Below, one piece after another: positions 1-10,200 of a stretch of 64,000 nucleotides of DNA; the stretch's first letter is position 1, and each line of letters opens with the position of its first letter. The position numbers and the translations under genes were made by a program. Source of the stretch: Alphaproteobacteria bacterium (GTDB lineage Bacteria > Pseudomonadota > Alphaproteobacteria > UBA828); the NCBI GenBank assembly GCA_965214705.1, contig CBDCCI010000002.1, forward strand, positions 1 through 64,000. Direction: 5' to 3'. The notes below the pieces were generated by a model, which saw only the letters and a program-made list of their open reading frames with translations, ran no database searches and was not told the DNA's origin.

Positions 1-255
1 GCGCGCTCCGAACAGAGCCGCACGCCCGTGCCGTTCCCCGAGTACACCGTGGTCCGGCTCGACACCGGCGACGTGATCGACAGCTTCGAGACCGAAGCGG
101 AGGCGGCCGCCTGCCTCGTCTTCGCCAGGCTCCGCCCCGACCAAGTGGAGATACGCGCCAATGTCCCATTGATGGGTAAGCGGTACGCAGACCCCATACC
201 GGAATCTGGCTTGACTACGACGGGGATTTCTTGAGGAGCGCCGTGAGCGCGCGAG

Positions 256-1998
256 TCATTTTGCCTCGGGCTGGAAGTTCCACGGCAGAAGCTCCTGGAT
301 GCCCGACTGCGGGTGGCCCTTGGCGATCTTCTCGAGCGTGCTCCGCATCCAGGCGTAGGGCTCGACGCCGTTCATCTTGCAGGTCTCGATCAGCGAGGCG
401 ATGCGGGCCCAGGCTTGCGCACCCTCGTCGTTGCCGGCGAAGAGCGCGTTCTTGGCGGTGAGCTTCAGCGGCCGGATTCGGTTTTCCACCAGGTTCGAGT
501 CGATCTCGACACGACCGTCGTGCAGGAACTCCAGCAGCCCGTCCCACTGGTTGGCGATATAGGTCAGCTTCTCGCCGAGACGCGAGCGCGGTGAGACGCG
601 CGAGCGCTGCTCGTCGAGCCAGACACCGAAGGTGTTCACGATCGGCGCCGACTCCTCCCAACGGATCGCGCGGCGCTCCGCCGGCGGCTTGCCCCGGATC
701 TTCTTCTCGATCGCATAGAGCTTCGCGATCCGATTCAGACCGGCCAGCGCGATCGGCGATGCGCTCGAGTCGTATACCTCTTTCAGCTTCCGTCTTACAT
801 GCGCCCAACAGAGGGCCCGCGTCACAGGGCCTTCCGCCCGGTCCGGCCGCGCCAGGATGTTGTGGCCCGAGTAGCCGTCGAGCTGCACCGTCCCCGAAAA
901 GCCCTCCATAAGCTCGGCGCCATACTTGCCGCCGCGGCCGGGCGCATAGCGATAGACGACGCCCGGCGGGTCCGTGCCGCTCCAGTGGCGCTCGTCACGC
1001 ACAAGGGTCCACATGTAGCCCGTCTTCGTCTTGCCCCGGCCCGGGTCGAGAACGCGGATCGTGGTCTCGTCCAGACCCAGGTGATCCGACTTCTTCAGCT
1101 CATCCTCCAGGCAAGCGACCACGGGGCGCAGGTGAAACGACGCCTGGCCCACCCACGTCGCCAGCGTCGCACGGTGAACCTCGATCCCCGAGCGCTCGTA
1201 GATCTGCGACTGGCGATAGAGCGGGCAATGATCGCCGTACTTCGCGATCAGCACCTGCGCCAGAAGAGCCTCGGTGGGAAGGCCGCCCTCGACCAGAGCG
1301 GCCGGCGCCGGCGACTGCACCACCCCGCCCCCCTTGCACTTGTTGCAGGCGTAGCGGGGGCGCACGGTCTCGATGACGGTGAACTTCGCCGGCTCATAGT
1401 CCAGCCGCTCGCTGCGGTCCTCGCCGATCTTCGTCATCTCGCCGCAGCCGCAGGGGCACATGATCGTGTCCGGCTCGATCACCTCCTCGCGCCGGTCGAC
1501 CTGGGGCCCGAAGCGCACCCCGCTGCGCGACCCCCGGGAAGAGCGCCGCCGGCGCTTGCCGCCAGCCCCCTCGTCCTGCTCCTGGTCATCTGCCTCGGGC
1601 CGACCGCCGGCTTCAGCGATCGCCGCCCAAAACTCCTCGAACGTAAGCTGGCGCTCGTCCTCGCCGAGCTTCTCGGAGCGCGGACCGAACAGCGCCTTCC
1701 TGAGCTCCTTGTTGAGATGCTCAAGCCGGCTGATCTGCTCCGCGCTCTGCGCGTTCTCGGCCTCCAGCCGTGCCGCCCGCGCTTCCGCCGTCTGCCTCGC
1801 CGCCTCCGCCGCGCCGCGTGCCTGCTCCGCTTCGCATAGGGCTGCTTCCGTCGCCCGGCGCGCCGCGCGCTCGTCGTCAAGCTCCGCATGCAGGGCCGCC
1901 AGCGCCGCCGAAACCACCGCAGGCGACGGCGAACCGGCGCTGCTGAGGGGTGAGGGCGTGACCTTCGGCATGGGCCACCCCTTAATCCGATTCGCCAA
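256..1998 (-). CDS. tnpC: IS66 transposase TnpC
   Basis: Coiled coil, LFGPRSEK, Zn finger CPCGCG/CNKC, DETT, DGYSG, CWAHVRRK, ENRIRP, ELLPW. Start may be the ATG at 1971. Confidence 0.95.
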   Translation of the reverse strand: MANRIKGWPMPKVTPSPLSSAGSPSPAVVSAALAALHAELDDERAARRATEAALCEAEQARGAAEAARQTAEARAARLEAENAQSAEQISRLEHLNKELRKALFGPRSEKLGEDERQLTFEEFWAAIAEAGGRPEADDQEQDEGAGGKRRRRSSRGSRSGVRFGPQVDRREEVIEPDTIMCPCGCGEMTKIGEDRSERLDYEPAKFTVIETVRPRYACNKCKGGGVVQSPAPAALVEGGLPTEALLAQVLIAKYGDHCPLYRQSQIYERSGIEVHRATLATWVGQASFHLRPVVACLEDELKKSDHLGLDETTIRVLDPGRGKTKTGYMWTLVRDERHWSGTDPPGVVYRYAPGRGGKYGAELMEGFSGTVQLDGYSGHNILARPDRAEGPVTRALCWAHVRRKLKEVYDSSASPIALAGLNRIAKLYAIEKKIRGKPPAERRAIRWEESAPIVNTFGVWLDEQRSRVSPRSRLGEKLTYIANQWDGLLEFLHDGRVEIDSNLVENRIRPLKLTAKNALFAGNDEGAQAWARIASLIETCKMNGVEPYAWMRSTLEKIAKGHPQSGIQELLPWNFQPEAK

Positions 1999-2064
1999 TG
2001 CATGACCAGGGAAAAGTGCAGGCGGGACCGCGACCGAAATCTGCGGCCCCGCCTGCGTGCCGCC

Positions 2065-2415
2065 TCACTCCGCCGCCAGCGGGCGGCGAACCGGGCGGGC
2101 CTTCACCCGGCGCCAGTCCAGACCCTCGAAGAGGGCCTCGAACTGGCCCTTCGTAAGGCGCATCACACCATCCTCGATCCGAGGCCAGGCGAAGCGGCCC
2201 TGCTCCAGACGCTTGTAGGTCATCACCAGACCGCTGCCGTCCCACGCAAGGAGCTTGAGCCTGTCGCCGCGGCGCGAGCGGAAGATCACGATCACCCCGG
2301 AATAGATATCGAGGTCCAGCTCCCCCGCCGCCGTCGCCGCAAGCGCGTCGTGGCCGCGACGAAAATCAACCGGCCGCGTCGCCAACACGATGCGAAGCGA
2401 GGGGGCCGCGATCAT
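2065..2415 (-). CDS. tnpB: IS66 accessory protein TnpB (orf2)
   Basis: PVDFRRGHDAL, FRSRRGDRLKLLAWDGSG, KRLEQGRFAWP. Confidence 0.95.
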   Translation of the reverse strand: MIAAPSLRIVLATRPVDFRRGHDALAATAAGELDLDIYSGVIVIFRSRRGDRLKLLAWDGSGLVMTYKRLEQGRFAWPRIEDGVMRLTKGQFEALFEGLDWRRVKARPVRRPLAAE

Positions 2416-2867
2416 GACGACGCCCGGCCCAGGCCCGAGGCCACCGCAACAATCCGATCGACCGCGCTCTCCACCGGAAGGCGAACGACCACGCCTAGCG
2501 CCTCGATCGCCACCGTCCGCTCGGACGTCACGCTATCAACCACCACGGGAACAAATGGCGGTGCAGAGCCACCAATCCGAGCGCCCGGAAGAGTTCCCTC
2601 CCGCGCGCGCCGCCGCCACTTGGTCAGGGTCGTATCGCTGACGCCATGGCGGCGCGCGACCGCCGCAACCGAAGAGCCCGGCTCAAAGCTCTCCGAGACA
2701 ATCCGCGCCTTCTCATCGTCCGGCCAGCGTCGCATGGGGGCCGGCTCAGACGGAGCCGGGGCGGCTCCCTCAGAAGCTGGGATCTCAACCGAAGCAACAG
2801 CGACACCGTCGCCAGATGCCAAAATCGAATCTGTCATCGCGATCTCTCCTGTGTGGCTCGTGGTCAA
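2412..2867 (-). CDS. tnpA: IS66 TnpA (HTH)
   Basis: RRWPDDEKARIVSES...VAAVARRHGVS..L.KWRR HTH signature. Confidence 0.9.
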   Translation of the reverse strand: MTTSHTGEIAMTDSILASGDGVAVASVEIPASEGAAPAPSEPAPMRRWPDDEKARIVSESFEPGSSVAAVARRHGVSDTTLTKWRRRAREGTLPGARIGGSAPPFVPVVVDSVTSERTVAIEALGVVVRLPVESAVDRIVAVASGLGRASS

Positions 2868-3211
2868 GGCGGAGAGTCAGCCCCGAAATCAGATCCGCTG
2901 GAAGTATGGGGGCCCGATACCGCTTACATTGATGGCGCTCTCTCCGCCATGAACGCAGCATCGCCGCGTGCAGGCATCCCGCAGGCGATGCCAACCTTTG
3001 GCCTTCGTGACCCTGTGCCGCCGTGATCCGACTCTCGGCAATCCGATCGGACGCGCGGTCCGCACGGTCGTCGACCCCTCGGCGGGCGTCGGGGCAGACG
3101 GCGGCCGGGAGGAGGAGAGCGGCTTTCGAGGAGTGAACGGGAGGTGGGTCGAGAGAGATCGCCCCGTTCGGCAACCTTCGTCAGCAACTCGGAAGAACAG
3201 GAGACAAGACC

Positions 3212-3658
3212 ATGTCGTTCGGATTGAACAGGGCAGAAGTCATTGGCCGGCTCGGTGCCGATGTCACCATCAGCAACCTCGCCTCCGGCGGGCGCGTCGC
3301 CAATATGAGCGTGGCGACCGACGAGGGGTATCTGGAGAAAAATTCGGGGACCCGGATCGACAAGACAGAGTGGCATCGGGTGGTCAGCTTCCAGAGCGGG
3401 CTGATCGACATGCTGGAAAAGCACGCGAAGAAGGGCCGGATCGTCTACGTCGCGGGCAAGCTGCAGACCAGGAAGTGGCGCAAGGACGGCGAGGACTCGG
3501 ACCGGTTCTCCACCGAGATCCTGCTGGTGCCTGGTTCGCGCGTCCAGTTTCTGGACAAGCCTGCCGGCGCCACCGGCACCGCGCCGGCCAACGGTGAGGC
3601 GGCGGAGGCCGCAAGCGGCACCGGCGAGCCTCACGACGGCAGGGCCTTGCCGTTCTAG
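3212..3658 (+). CDS. ssb: Single-stranded DNA-binding protein
   Basis: LNRAEVIGRLGAD, TEWHRV, KGRIVYVAGKLQTRKW, C-terminal LPF. Confidence 0.95.
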   Translation: MSFGLNRAEVIGRLGADVTISNLASGGRVANMSVATDEGYLEKNSGTRIDKTEWHRVVSFQSGLIDMLEKHAKKGRIVYVAGKLQTRKWRKDGEDSDRFSTEILLVPGSRVQFLDKPAGATGTAPANGEAAEAASGTGEPHDGRALPF

Positions 3659-3945
3659 CCAAGACCCCGCGGCGGGCTTCCTCGGCCCGCCCGCCCCATG
3701 GCCGGACCCGCGTCCCACCCACGCGGGTTCGGCCATTTTCGTGCAGCCTGATCCGATTCCCTCACGGGTCGGACGGCGGGGCGCGCGCTTCGCGCGCCGC
3801 CCGCCGTCCCGGCGCTCCCATAAGAGTAAGGAGAGGCCGGGACCGGGGCGCGTCCCATGCCGCGTCCAGCGAGGTCTCTCATGCTCCCCATGACCGCCGA
3901 CGGTCCCGGCTTCGCCGGTTCCCGCTTGATCCAGAAGTGTGCACC

Positions 3946-4926
3946 ATGAACGCGGCTTCCGTCGCCGCCGCACTTGCCGAGCGCGCCGAGGAGGTGTGCC
4001 GCCGATACCTGCCCTACGGACGTCGCCGGGGCAGGTACTGGGTCGCGGGCGACCTCGACGGCGGGCGCGGGCGATCCCTCTTCGTCCGTCTCGCGCCTCC
4101 GGGCACGCCGGGGAAGTTCACTGATGCGGCCACGGGCCAGCATGGCGATCTGCTCGACATCGTCCGCCACCGCATCGGCGCGCCGACGCTTCGCGCGGCG
4201 CTCGACGAGGCCCGCGCCTTCCTCGCCCGGCCGGCTGCGCCGGCTGCGGGCTCGGGCGACGCCTACGACGCCATCGAGGCGGCACGCCGCCTCTGGCACC
4301 GCTGCCGCGCCATCGACGGCACCCATGCCGAGGCCTACCTGCACGCCAGGGGTCTCGCGCGCTGCCGCTTCCCGGCACTCCGCTTCCATCCCGCGTTGCT
4401 CTACCGTGACGGCGGCGGTGTGCGCCGCCTGCCCGCCTTGGTCGCGGCCGTCACCGGCTCCGACGAAGCCGTCTGCGGCGTGCTGCGCACGTGGTTGGAT
4501 CATCGGCGTCCCACCAAGGCCAGCGTCTCGCGCGCGCGAAAGGCGCTCGGGCGCGTGCACGGCCATGCCGTGCGCTTCGGCCGCCCCGCCGACGGAGCTT
4601 CGCTCCTCGTCGGCGAGGGGATCGAGACCGTGCTGTCCATCGTCACGGCCATCCCCGACACCGTCGCCGCAGCAGCACTCTCGGCCGGCAGCCTCGGCGC
4701 ATTCGCGCCGCCTGCCGGCGTCACGCGGCTGGTGATCGCACGCGACAACGACCCCGAGGGAGAGCGTGCCGCCGAGCGCCTCGCCCGGCGCTGCACGCGG
4801 GCGGGCGTCGCCGCCACCGTCATCGTGCCTCGCGGCACCGACTTCAACGAGGACTTGCTCACATTCGGTCCCGCCGCGCTCGCCGCCTGGACGGCGGCCG
4901 CGCTCGGAGACCGGGAGCCCGAGTGA
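3946..4926 (+). CDS. Toprim-domain primase-like protein of alphaproteobacterial plasmids/ICEs
   Basis: GEGIET and IARDND toprim motifs, DFNEDL; N-terminal GDLLD region. Confidence 0.85.
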   Translation: MNAASVAAALAERAEEVCRRYLPYGRRRGRYWVAGDLDGGRGRSLFVRLAPPGTPGKFTDAATGQHGDLLDIVRHRIGAPTLRAALDEARAFLARPAAPAAGSGDAYDAIEAARRLWHRCRAIDGTHAEAYLHARGLARCRFPALRFHPALLYRDGGGVRRLPALVAAVTGSDEAVCGVLRTWLDHRRPTKASVSRARKALGRVHGHAVRFGRPADGASLLVGEGIETVLSIVTAIPDTVAAAALSAGSLGAFAPPAGVTRLVIARDNDPEGERAAERLARRCTRAGVAATVIVPRGTDFNEDLLTFGPAALAAWTAAALGDREPE

Positions 4927-5002
4927 AGCGGGCGAGGGGCGAGCCGCATGGAGAGGAGAGAGAGTCCTCTCCGCGCCGGCATCACGCTACGGGGAGAGCA
5001 CA

Positions 5003-5230
5003 ATGAGCAGCGACATCAGGTTCCGGCGGGTGGGCGAGAACGAAGCCCGCGTCTATCAGGACGGCGACTACGTCGGGGACGTCTTTCGCCACGACGACAT
5101 CCTCAACCGCGGCGCCGTGTTCTATGTCGTGCATCTCAGCGAAGACCCTCGCGGCCCCGTCAGGGTGCACGAGCGCAATCGCGTCCGCGAGGTCGCCCGT
5201 CATTTGCTCGACACCCATCCGATGCTGTGA
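5003..5230 (+). CDS. Small hypothetical protein (75 aa)
   Basis: RBS-like GGAGAG upstream; frame conserved in the paralogue at 61466..61693. Confidence 0.75.
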   Translation: MSSDIRFRRVGENEARVYQDGDYVGDVFRHDDILNRGAVFYVVHLSEDPRGPVRVHERNRVREVARHLLDTHPML

Positions 5231-5239
5231 GCGGTGACG

Positions 5240-5860
5240 AGCGCTACCGGCGGTGCCATCGGCGGCACCGGGAGCGGCTCGCTCTCGATCCCGTTGCCCG
5301 GCCCGCGGCCTGCACCGAGCCTTTCATCGCTGCGGCGGTGCCACGCCGTTTGCAGGAAACAAAAACTGGGGTCCGTTCGTCGTGATGTCCGAGGATCTCA
5401 CACGTGCTCGCGGCAGCAACCCTGCGGGTCCTTCGGTCGCTCCGCTCCCTACGGCCTGACCCAAGGAAGTCTAAGGCGGGCCGTGAAGTTCGGCGACCGT
5501 GAAGATGGCTTGCGTGTAATCGCCAACCGCCTCGTCTCGCAGCGCGCCGGCCCCTTGCGCGGGGCCGGCGCGTCACGCTGCACCGCATCAAATCCATTCG
5601 CGGAACCATTCATCGCGGCGCCTAGACGCCGGGCAGGCCCAAGCGGGCCCGCCCGGCCCGGCGCCGTAATGACCACTGGAATGGATTTGCTGCGGAGCAC
5701 CGTTCCCACCGGCACGGCGGCGCCATCTTCCGCACCAACATCGCCGAACTTCCGCACCTAATCCCGCCCAAGACTTCCTAGGGCCAGGTGCTGCCTCTGC
5801 GCGCGCGTGAATCACAAAGGACATCACGACGGGGCACAGGGTCCCGGAGGACGACAAGGG
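5240..5860. other. Conserved GC-rich non-coding block of the leading region
   Basis: Inverted, highly similar copy at 52160..52647 + 61340..61465; no ORF conserved in both copies. Confidence 0.6.
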
Positions 5861-5868
5861 AGATCGTC

Positions 5869-6786
5869 ATGATCGACACTACCAGCACTACCGCTTCTTC
5901 CACTGCCACCGTTTGCGAGAGCATGGCCCTCTACGGCGCAGCGCCCGAGCGCGGCGAGCTCGACAGCAGGGTCGTCTGGGACGAGGACGACGCCATCGAT
6001 GCGCTCAACGAGGCCATCCGCGTCATCGTCGACGGCATCACCGTAGACGGCACACAGATGGCCGACGAGCGCGAGCCCCTCATGTGGGGCCTGACCAACA
6101 TGCTGCACAGCCAGGTCACACGCCTCGACCGCGCCGTCGACCGCATCGCGCCCGAGATGCGCGACCTCGAGAAGGCGCAGGACGGGTCGGAGGTGAAGGC
6201 ATGGGAGCTGCAGACCATGACCGACCGTGCCCAGAACCTCGGCGACAGGCGCGACGCCTTCGAGAAGCTCCGCGACCTCGCCGCCGACGCCTACCGCGTC
6301 GAGACCGGCGACACCTGGCGCCCGCGCCACGGCTCGCACACGAGCCGGACCGGACAGCTCACCTCCGCCGCCATTGACGCGCGCGACTTCCGCCGCGCAC
6401 GCAAGGACCGCGAGACCCGCGCCCACCTGCCCGAGGGCACGCTCGTCGCCGTCACCGGCGGCAAGACCGTCAGCGATGCCGACGCGGTCTGGAGCACGCT
6501 CGACATGGCACGCGCTAAGTACGGCGACATGGTCCTGCTGCACGGTGGCGGTCCCGGCGTCGAGAAGATCGCTGCGAGCTGGGCGGACGCGCGCGGCGTC
6601 GACCAGGTCGTGTGCCGCCCCGACTGGAAGGCTCACGGCAACGCCGCGCCCTTCCGCCGCAACGACGAGCTGCTCGACCTGCTGCCCAAGGGCGTCATCG
6701 CCTTCCCCGGCAGCGGCATCACCGGCAACCTCGTCGACAAAGCCCGCCAGCTCGGCATACCGGTGATGCAGATGAAGGCCGCGTAA
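5869..6786 (+). CDS. DUF2493 (SLOG/YspA-like) domain protein
   Basis: VAVTGG, LLHGG, APFRRNDELL, VIAFPGSGITGNLVDKARQLGIPV. Confidence 0.85.
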   Translation: MIDTTSTTASSTATVCESMALYGAAPERGELDSRVVWDEDDAIDALNEAIRVIVDGITVDGTQMADEREPLMWGLTNMLHSQVTRLDRAVDRIAPEMRDLEKAQDGSEVKAWELQTMTDRAQNLGDRRDAFEKLRDLAADAYRVETGDTWRPRHGSHTSRTGQLTSAAIDARDFRRARKDRETRAHLPEGTLVAVTGGKTVSDADAVWSTLDMARAKYGDMVLLHGGGPGVEKIAASWADARGVDQVVCRPDWKAHGNAAPFRRNDELLDLLPKGVIAFPGSGITGNLVDKARQLGIPVMQMKAA

Positions 6787-7653
6787 GCGGCGCGCGCCTC
6801 GACCAAGCGGCCGATCCCCGATGCGGGATCGGCCGCTTTCGTCGTGTTTCACGACAGGCATCACGAACGTCGGCCTGTGCGCCCGCCCGTCGGATCGCGC
6901 ACCGCCAACCCGAGTGCGCGCTCGAACGTCCGCGTCGCCGCGCTTCGCGTCGGCGCCGTCCGCGGTCGCTGCAGCGACCGGGCTAGCCGACTGCGCCGGC
7001 ATCGCATGCCGCCCAACTTCCTCGCCATGCACCCGAGCCACGCCGGTCGCGGCTTCGCCGCGCACCGGCATCCGCAGCATTGCCCGCGGTCCCGCTGACA
7101 GCGGTGTCGGCTCCGGTGCTGATGCAGTTGACGGCGCGTCCGGCAGCGCGCTTCGCACAACTGCCCGCGGCTCCGCTCGCACCGCCGATCGTCGCGGTGA
7201 CATCCGTTCAGCGCAGCCGCAACGATGACACCGCGGTAACGAGTGCGTCGCAGCTTCTGCGCTCGCGGTAACGAGTGAAACGAACTGCCAACGCCTTGAC
7301 CATCAGCGCGTTCACCGCCCGCATCTGCGCTGCGGGAACATGTGATAGTCACGCCGCTGTTCTTTGGAACATGTGCGACCGCCATCGTGCGCTGAGGTAA
7401 CGAACCGGACCGCGAGCGAACCTGCGCACCGGCTTTGGTGCGCGATGTGTGAAGACTGCTGCCGCGAGCTTGCACCCTGCGCCCCACTTTGTTACCTCGG
7501 TTGTCGGGACGACAACGTGCAACGCGCTTGGAGATCATAGCCCGGACCTCTCGCTCAATCGCCGCAAACGCCGAAAGCAGCCGTCACCGCAGGCTTGGGG
7601 CCTGACCGCTTCTACTGCCCTCCATAGTCACCGCTCTACGGCAGAGCCGCTTC

Positions 7654-7682
7654 TATCTCACACCCGACGCACCCTTAGGTGC
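7654..7682 (-). other. Putative MOBF oriT nic site, copy 1
   Basis: Minus strand reads GCACC-TAAG-GGTGC-GTCGGGTGT^GAGATA, the same architecture as R388 nic (GCACC-GAAA-GGTGC-GTATTGTCT^). Conserved at 50073..50099. Confidence 0.7.
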
Positions 7683-8058
7683 AGAGCTATTTTGGGGGTC
7701 AGGAGTGCGCAGGGCTACGCCAGAGCCCTCAATGCTACGCAGGAGTTCGATGGGAACATGTCCCTGTTTCGGGTGACGGCGCAAGTGTCTGTAAGAGCGC
7801 GCATTTCTGTCGACGCGCCCGATCTGCGTCGCATAGCTCTTTCGCTACCGGGCCGTGCGAATGTCAAACGAGTTTCGGTGAATTCGCTGGAATTTTGCCT
7901 CGGCCGGCGTGTGACGAGAGACGGCCAGGGCCATAATGGCCCCGCCAGGATATCCCGGCGGGCGACGAAGCCGGGCAGTTGATTCGATGCCGAGGCGGCT
8001 CGAGCCGCGCAGCCAGGCCGGCAGGGACACGATTTTCGACCAACGACGGAGGCTGTCG

Positions 8059-8400
8059 ATGGCGAAGCCACGCTTCCAGCACTCGATCAGGTTCTCCAAA
8101 TCCGAGTGGAACGCGGTATGCGAGGCGGCCGAACTCCGGAACATGAAGCCTGCGGAGTTCGTCCGCGAAGCCGCCGCCGGCGTCGCGGCTCGCGAGATCG
8201 ACCTCGACGACGGCAAGCTGACACCCGCACTGGTGGAGATGATCGAGCGAACGTTTCGGGGCGTGCACCTGCTCGCCTACCTCAAGCACGAGGAACTTGC
8301 TGCGCTGGGCAGACAAGAAGACTTTCGGCGGGCCACCGAGGCCGGCCAGATCGCCCAAGCGGAGACGCTCAACCGGGAAGACGCGGACGAGGAGACGTGA
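8059..8400 (+). CDS. Ribbon-helix-helix protein, probable relaxosome accessory factor
   Basis: HSIRFSKSEW...MKPAEFVREAA RHH pattern; GGAGG RBS; next to oriT. Confidence 0.7.
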   Translation: MAKPRFQHSIRFSKSEWNAVCEAAELRNMKPAEFVREAAAGVAAREIDLDDGKLTPALVEMIERTFRGVHLLAYLKHEELAALGRQEDFRRATEAGQIAQAETLNREDADEET

Positions 8401-8639
8401 ATCCAAGCCTCCTCGTTACGGCAATCCCACTCGGTCTCGCCGTTCCCGGCCGGGTTTCGGACGTCCATGAAGCCTGCATAGTTCGGCGCAGGCGATGCCT
8501 GCAGGGTGCCGAAGCCGGCAGGGTGAAGCGAGTTCCATGTTCGGTCGAGGCCGATAACGGACGACCGAAGCCAACTCCGAACGCGAACTATGGAGCCGAC
8601 GAAGCGACGGATCTGCGCTTCCCAAAGCGCCGCCGGGGG

Positions 8640-10046
8640 CTATTCCAGCGCCTCGATCCCGAGCTCGCGCCGTATCCAGCCGGTGTCATAGGGCTTGTGG
8701 CGCTGCTGCGCGGCGCGGCGATACTCGGTGTTTTCCAGCTGCTTTAGCCAGTCGATCACTTTCTCTCGCCCCTTTCTCGTCCCGGCCGCCTGCCGCAGCG
8801 TCTTGCCGTCCACCGAGGGGTGCGGGTCGTCAAGGATGCGACGGTAGTAGTCGTCGAGGCAGGAGTGGATCACCTGCACCGCTTCACCGGGCGGAAACTC
8901 GGGTTCGACGTCCGATTGCCCCGCTTGTTCGTCCATCGCCCTTTCCGGATCCTCATGCGAGATCAGCGCGGGCCCGACAAGATCGCCCAGGCAAGACGCC
9001 AGCAGGTCCCGTCCCCTCTCGGCTCGCTCGCGAGAGTTGACGAACAGCGTCACTGCCCCCGCATTCAACTCCGCGTGGCCAAGCGACGTGTTGCCGATGA
9101 CGCTCTCCGATTCAGAAGCATCGTCCCCTCTGCGGCGGAGTGCCATCCGGTGCAGGGGCGAGCCGGGAACGGACCATGTCCAGCTCGGCTCATCCTCCTC
9201 GTCCCTCTCGAAGCACTCGATCCTGTCGAGCATCGTGGCAACTTCCGCCTCGTCGCCCACGACAGGGAAGCGCACCCTGCAGAACATTATCGGCTCGTCG
9301 TCGGTGTTGTGCAGCGCGGGCAGCGGAGCCTGGGCCTGCAGGATGGCGTCGAGCAGCCAGGTGTGAGTGAACATCTGGGCGCCGGCTCCGCCGCCGAGGA
9401 TGATCTCGCGCACCATGGACCGGATATCCGCCGACTCTTCAATTTCTCTGCGGGCCTCCTCGGGAATGTCCTCCTCCATCTCCGTCGCCGTCTCGTCGAA
9501 CATCGACAGGAATAGAAGCGACAACTCGTGGCGAAATCGGAGAACAGCGCCCGTGAAGTACATCTTGCCGTTCACCTCAACGATGCGCGCGGCCAGACGG
9601 TCCCAGGGAGCCGCCGACTTCGAACCCAGCTTCTCGTGCACGGTGACCTCATTGCCGCCCCGGATGAGGTCATGGACCGTCATGCTGCGCCCCGGATCGA
9701 TGCCGACGACCTCGTAGAGAGACACCATGGAATCCCTGAGCGATTCCAAGTAGCGCCTGCCCGGCGCGGTTTCCCGCCAGCCGCGCCGCTTCAGATAGTC
9801 GTCGACGACGTTCACCTCGCCGTCCTCGCCGAAGCGGGCGGTGAGGAAATCCTCCACGATGAAGACACCCAGCATGTCGGCGGCGTCGGCGAGAAGCTCT
9901 TCGAACTCGTCCTCGGATACATCGAGAATGTCGGCAACGGGTGCGACATGAGCATCGTAGATGTCGAGTTGCCACTCCACCCACTCGTCCCTCGCCGACC
10001 ACCTGAGCAGGTTCTCGGTCGCCTTGTCGAAACGGGAAGCACTCAT
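8640..10046 (-). CDS. Conserved hypothetical acidic protein
   Basis: Long ORF with protein-like composition; start MSASRF inferred. Confidence 0.7.
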   Translation of the reverse strand: MSASRFDKATENLLRWSARDEWVEWQLDIYDAHVAPVADILDVSEDEFEELLADAADMLGVFIVEDFLTARFGEDGEVNVVDDYLKRRGWRETAPGRRYLESLRDSMVSLYEVVGIDPGRSMTVHDLIRGGNEVTVHEKLGSKSAAPWDRLAARIVEVNGKMYFTGAVLRFRHELSLLFLSMFDETATEMEEDIPEEARREIEESADIRSMVREIILGGGAGAQMFTHTWLLDAILQAQAPLPALHNTDDEPIMFCRVRFPVVGDEAEVATMLDRIECFERDEEDEPSWTWSVPGSPLHRMALRRRGDDASESESVIGNTSLGHAELNAGAVTLFVNSRERAERGRDLLASCLGDLVGPALISHEDPERAMDEQAGQSDVEPEFPPGEAVQVIHSCLDDYYRRILDDPHPSVDGKTLRQAAGTRKGREKVIDWLKQLENTEYRRAAQQRHKPYDTGWIRRELGIEALE

Positions 10047-10200
10047 AGGTGGTTCTGACGGTCTCGTCGGTGCATCGCCGCCTACGGTAGTCGCGAACGC
10101 CGGGGGCGACAACGCGGGCTTCGACACGTGGGCCATGACGAGCGTTACCTCGGCGGTGCGGTTGCAAGCCGCCATGCACATCACGCGCGGCTGGGTGACC

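Larger units (their letters stand above)
176..2927 (-). mobile_element. IS66-family insertion sequence, copy 1 (2752 bp)
   Basis: Imperfect terminal IRs GTAAGCGGTA...CCCCATAC; 8-bp TSD ATTGATGG at 168-175 and 2928-2935; tnpA-tnpB-tnpC order. Confidence 0.97.
28..2952 (+). pseudogene. Small hypothetical gene split by IS66 (28..175 + 2936..2952)
   Basis: Removing the IS66 and one TSD copy restores ...ANVPLM-ALSPP* in frame. Confidence 0.5.
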
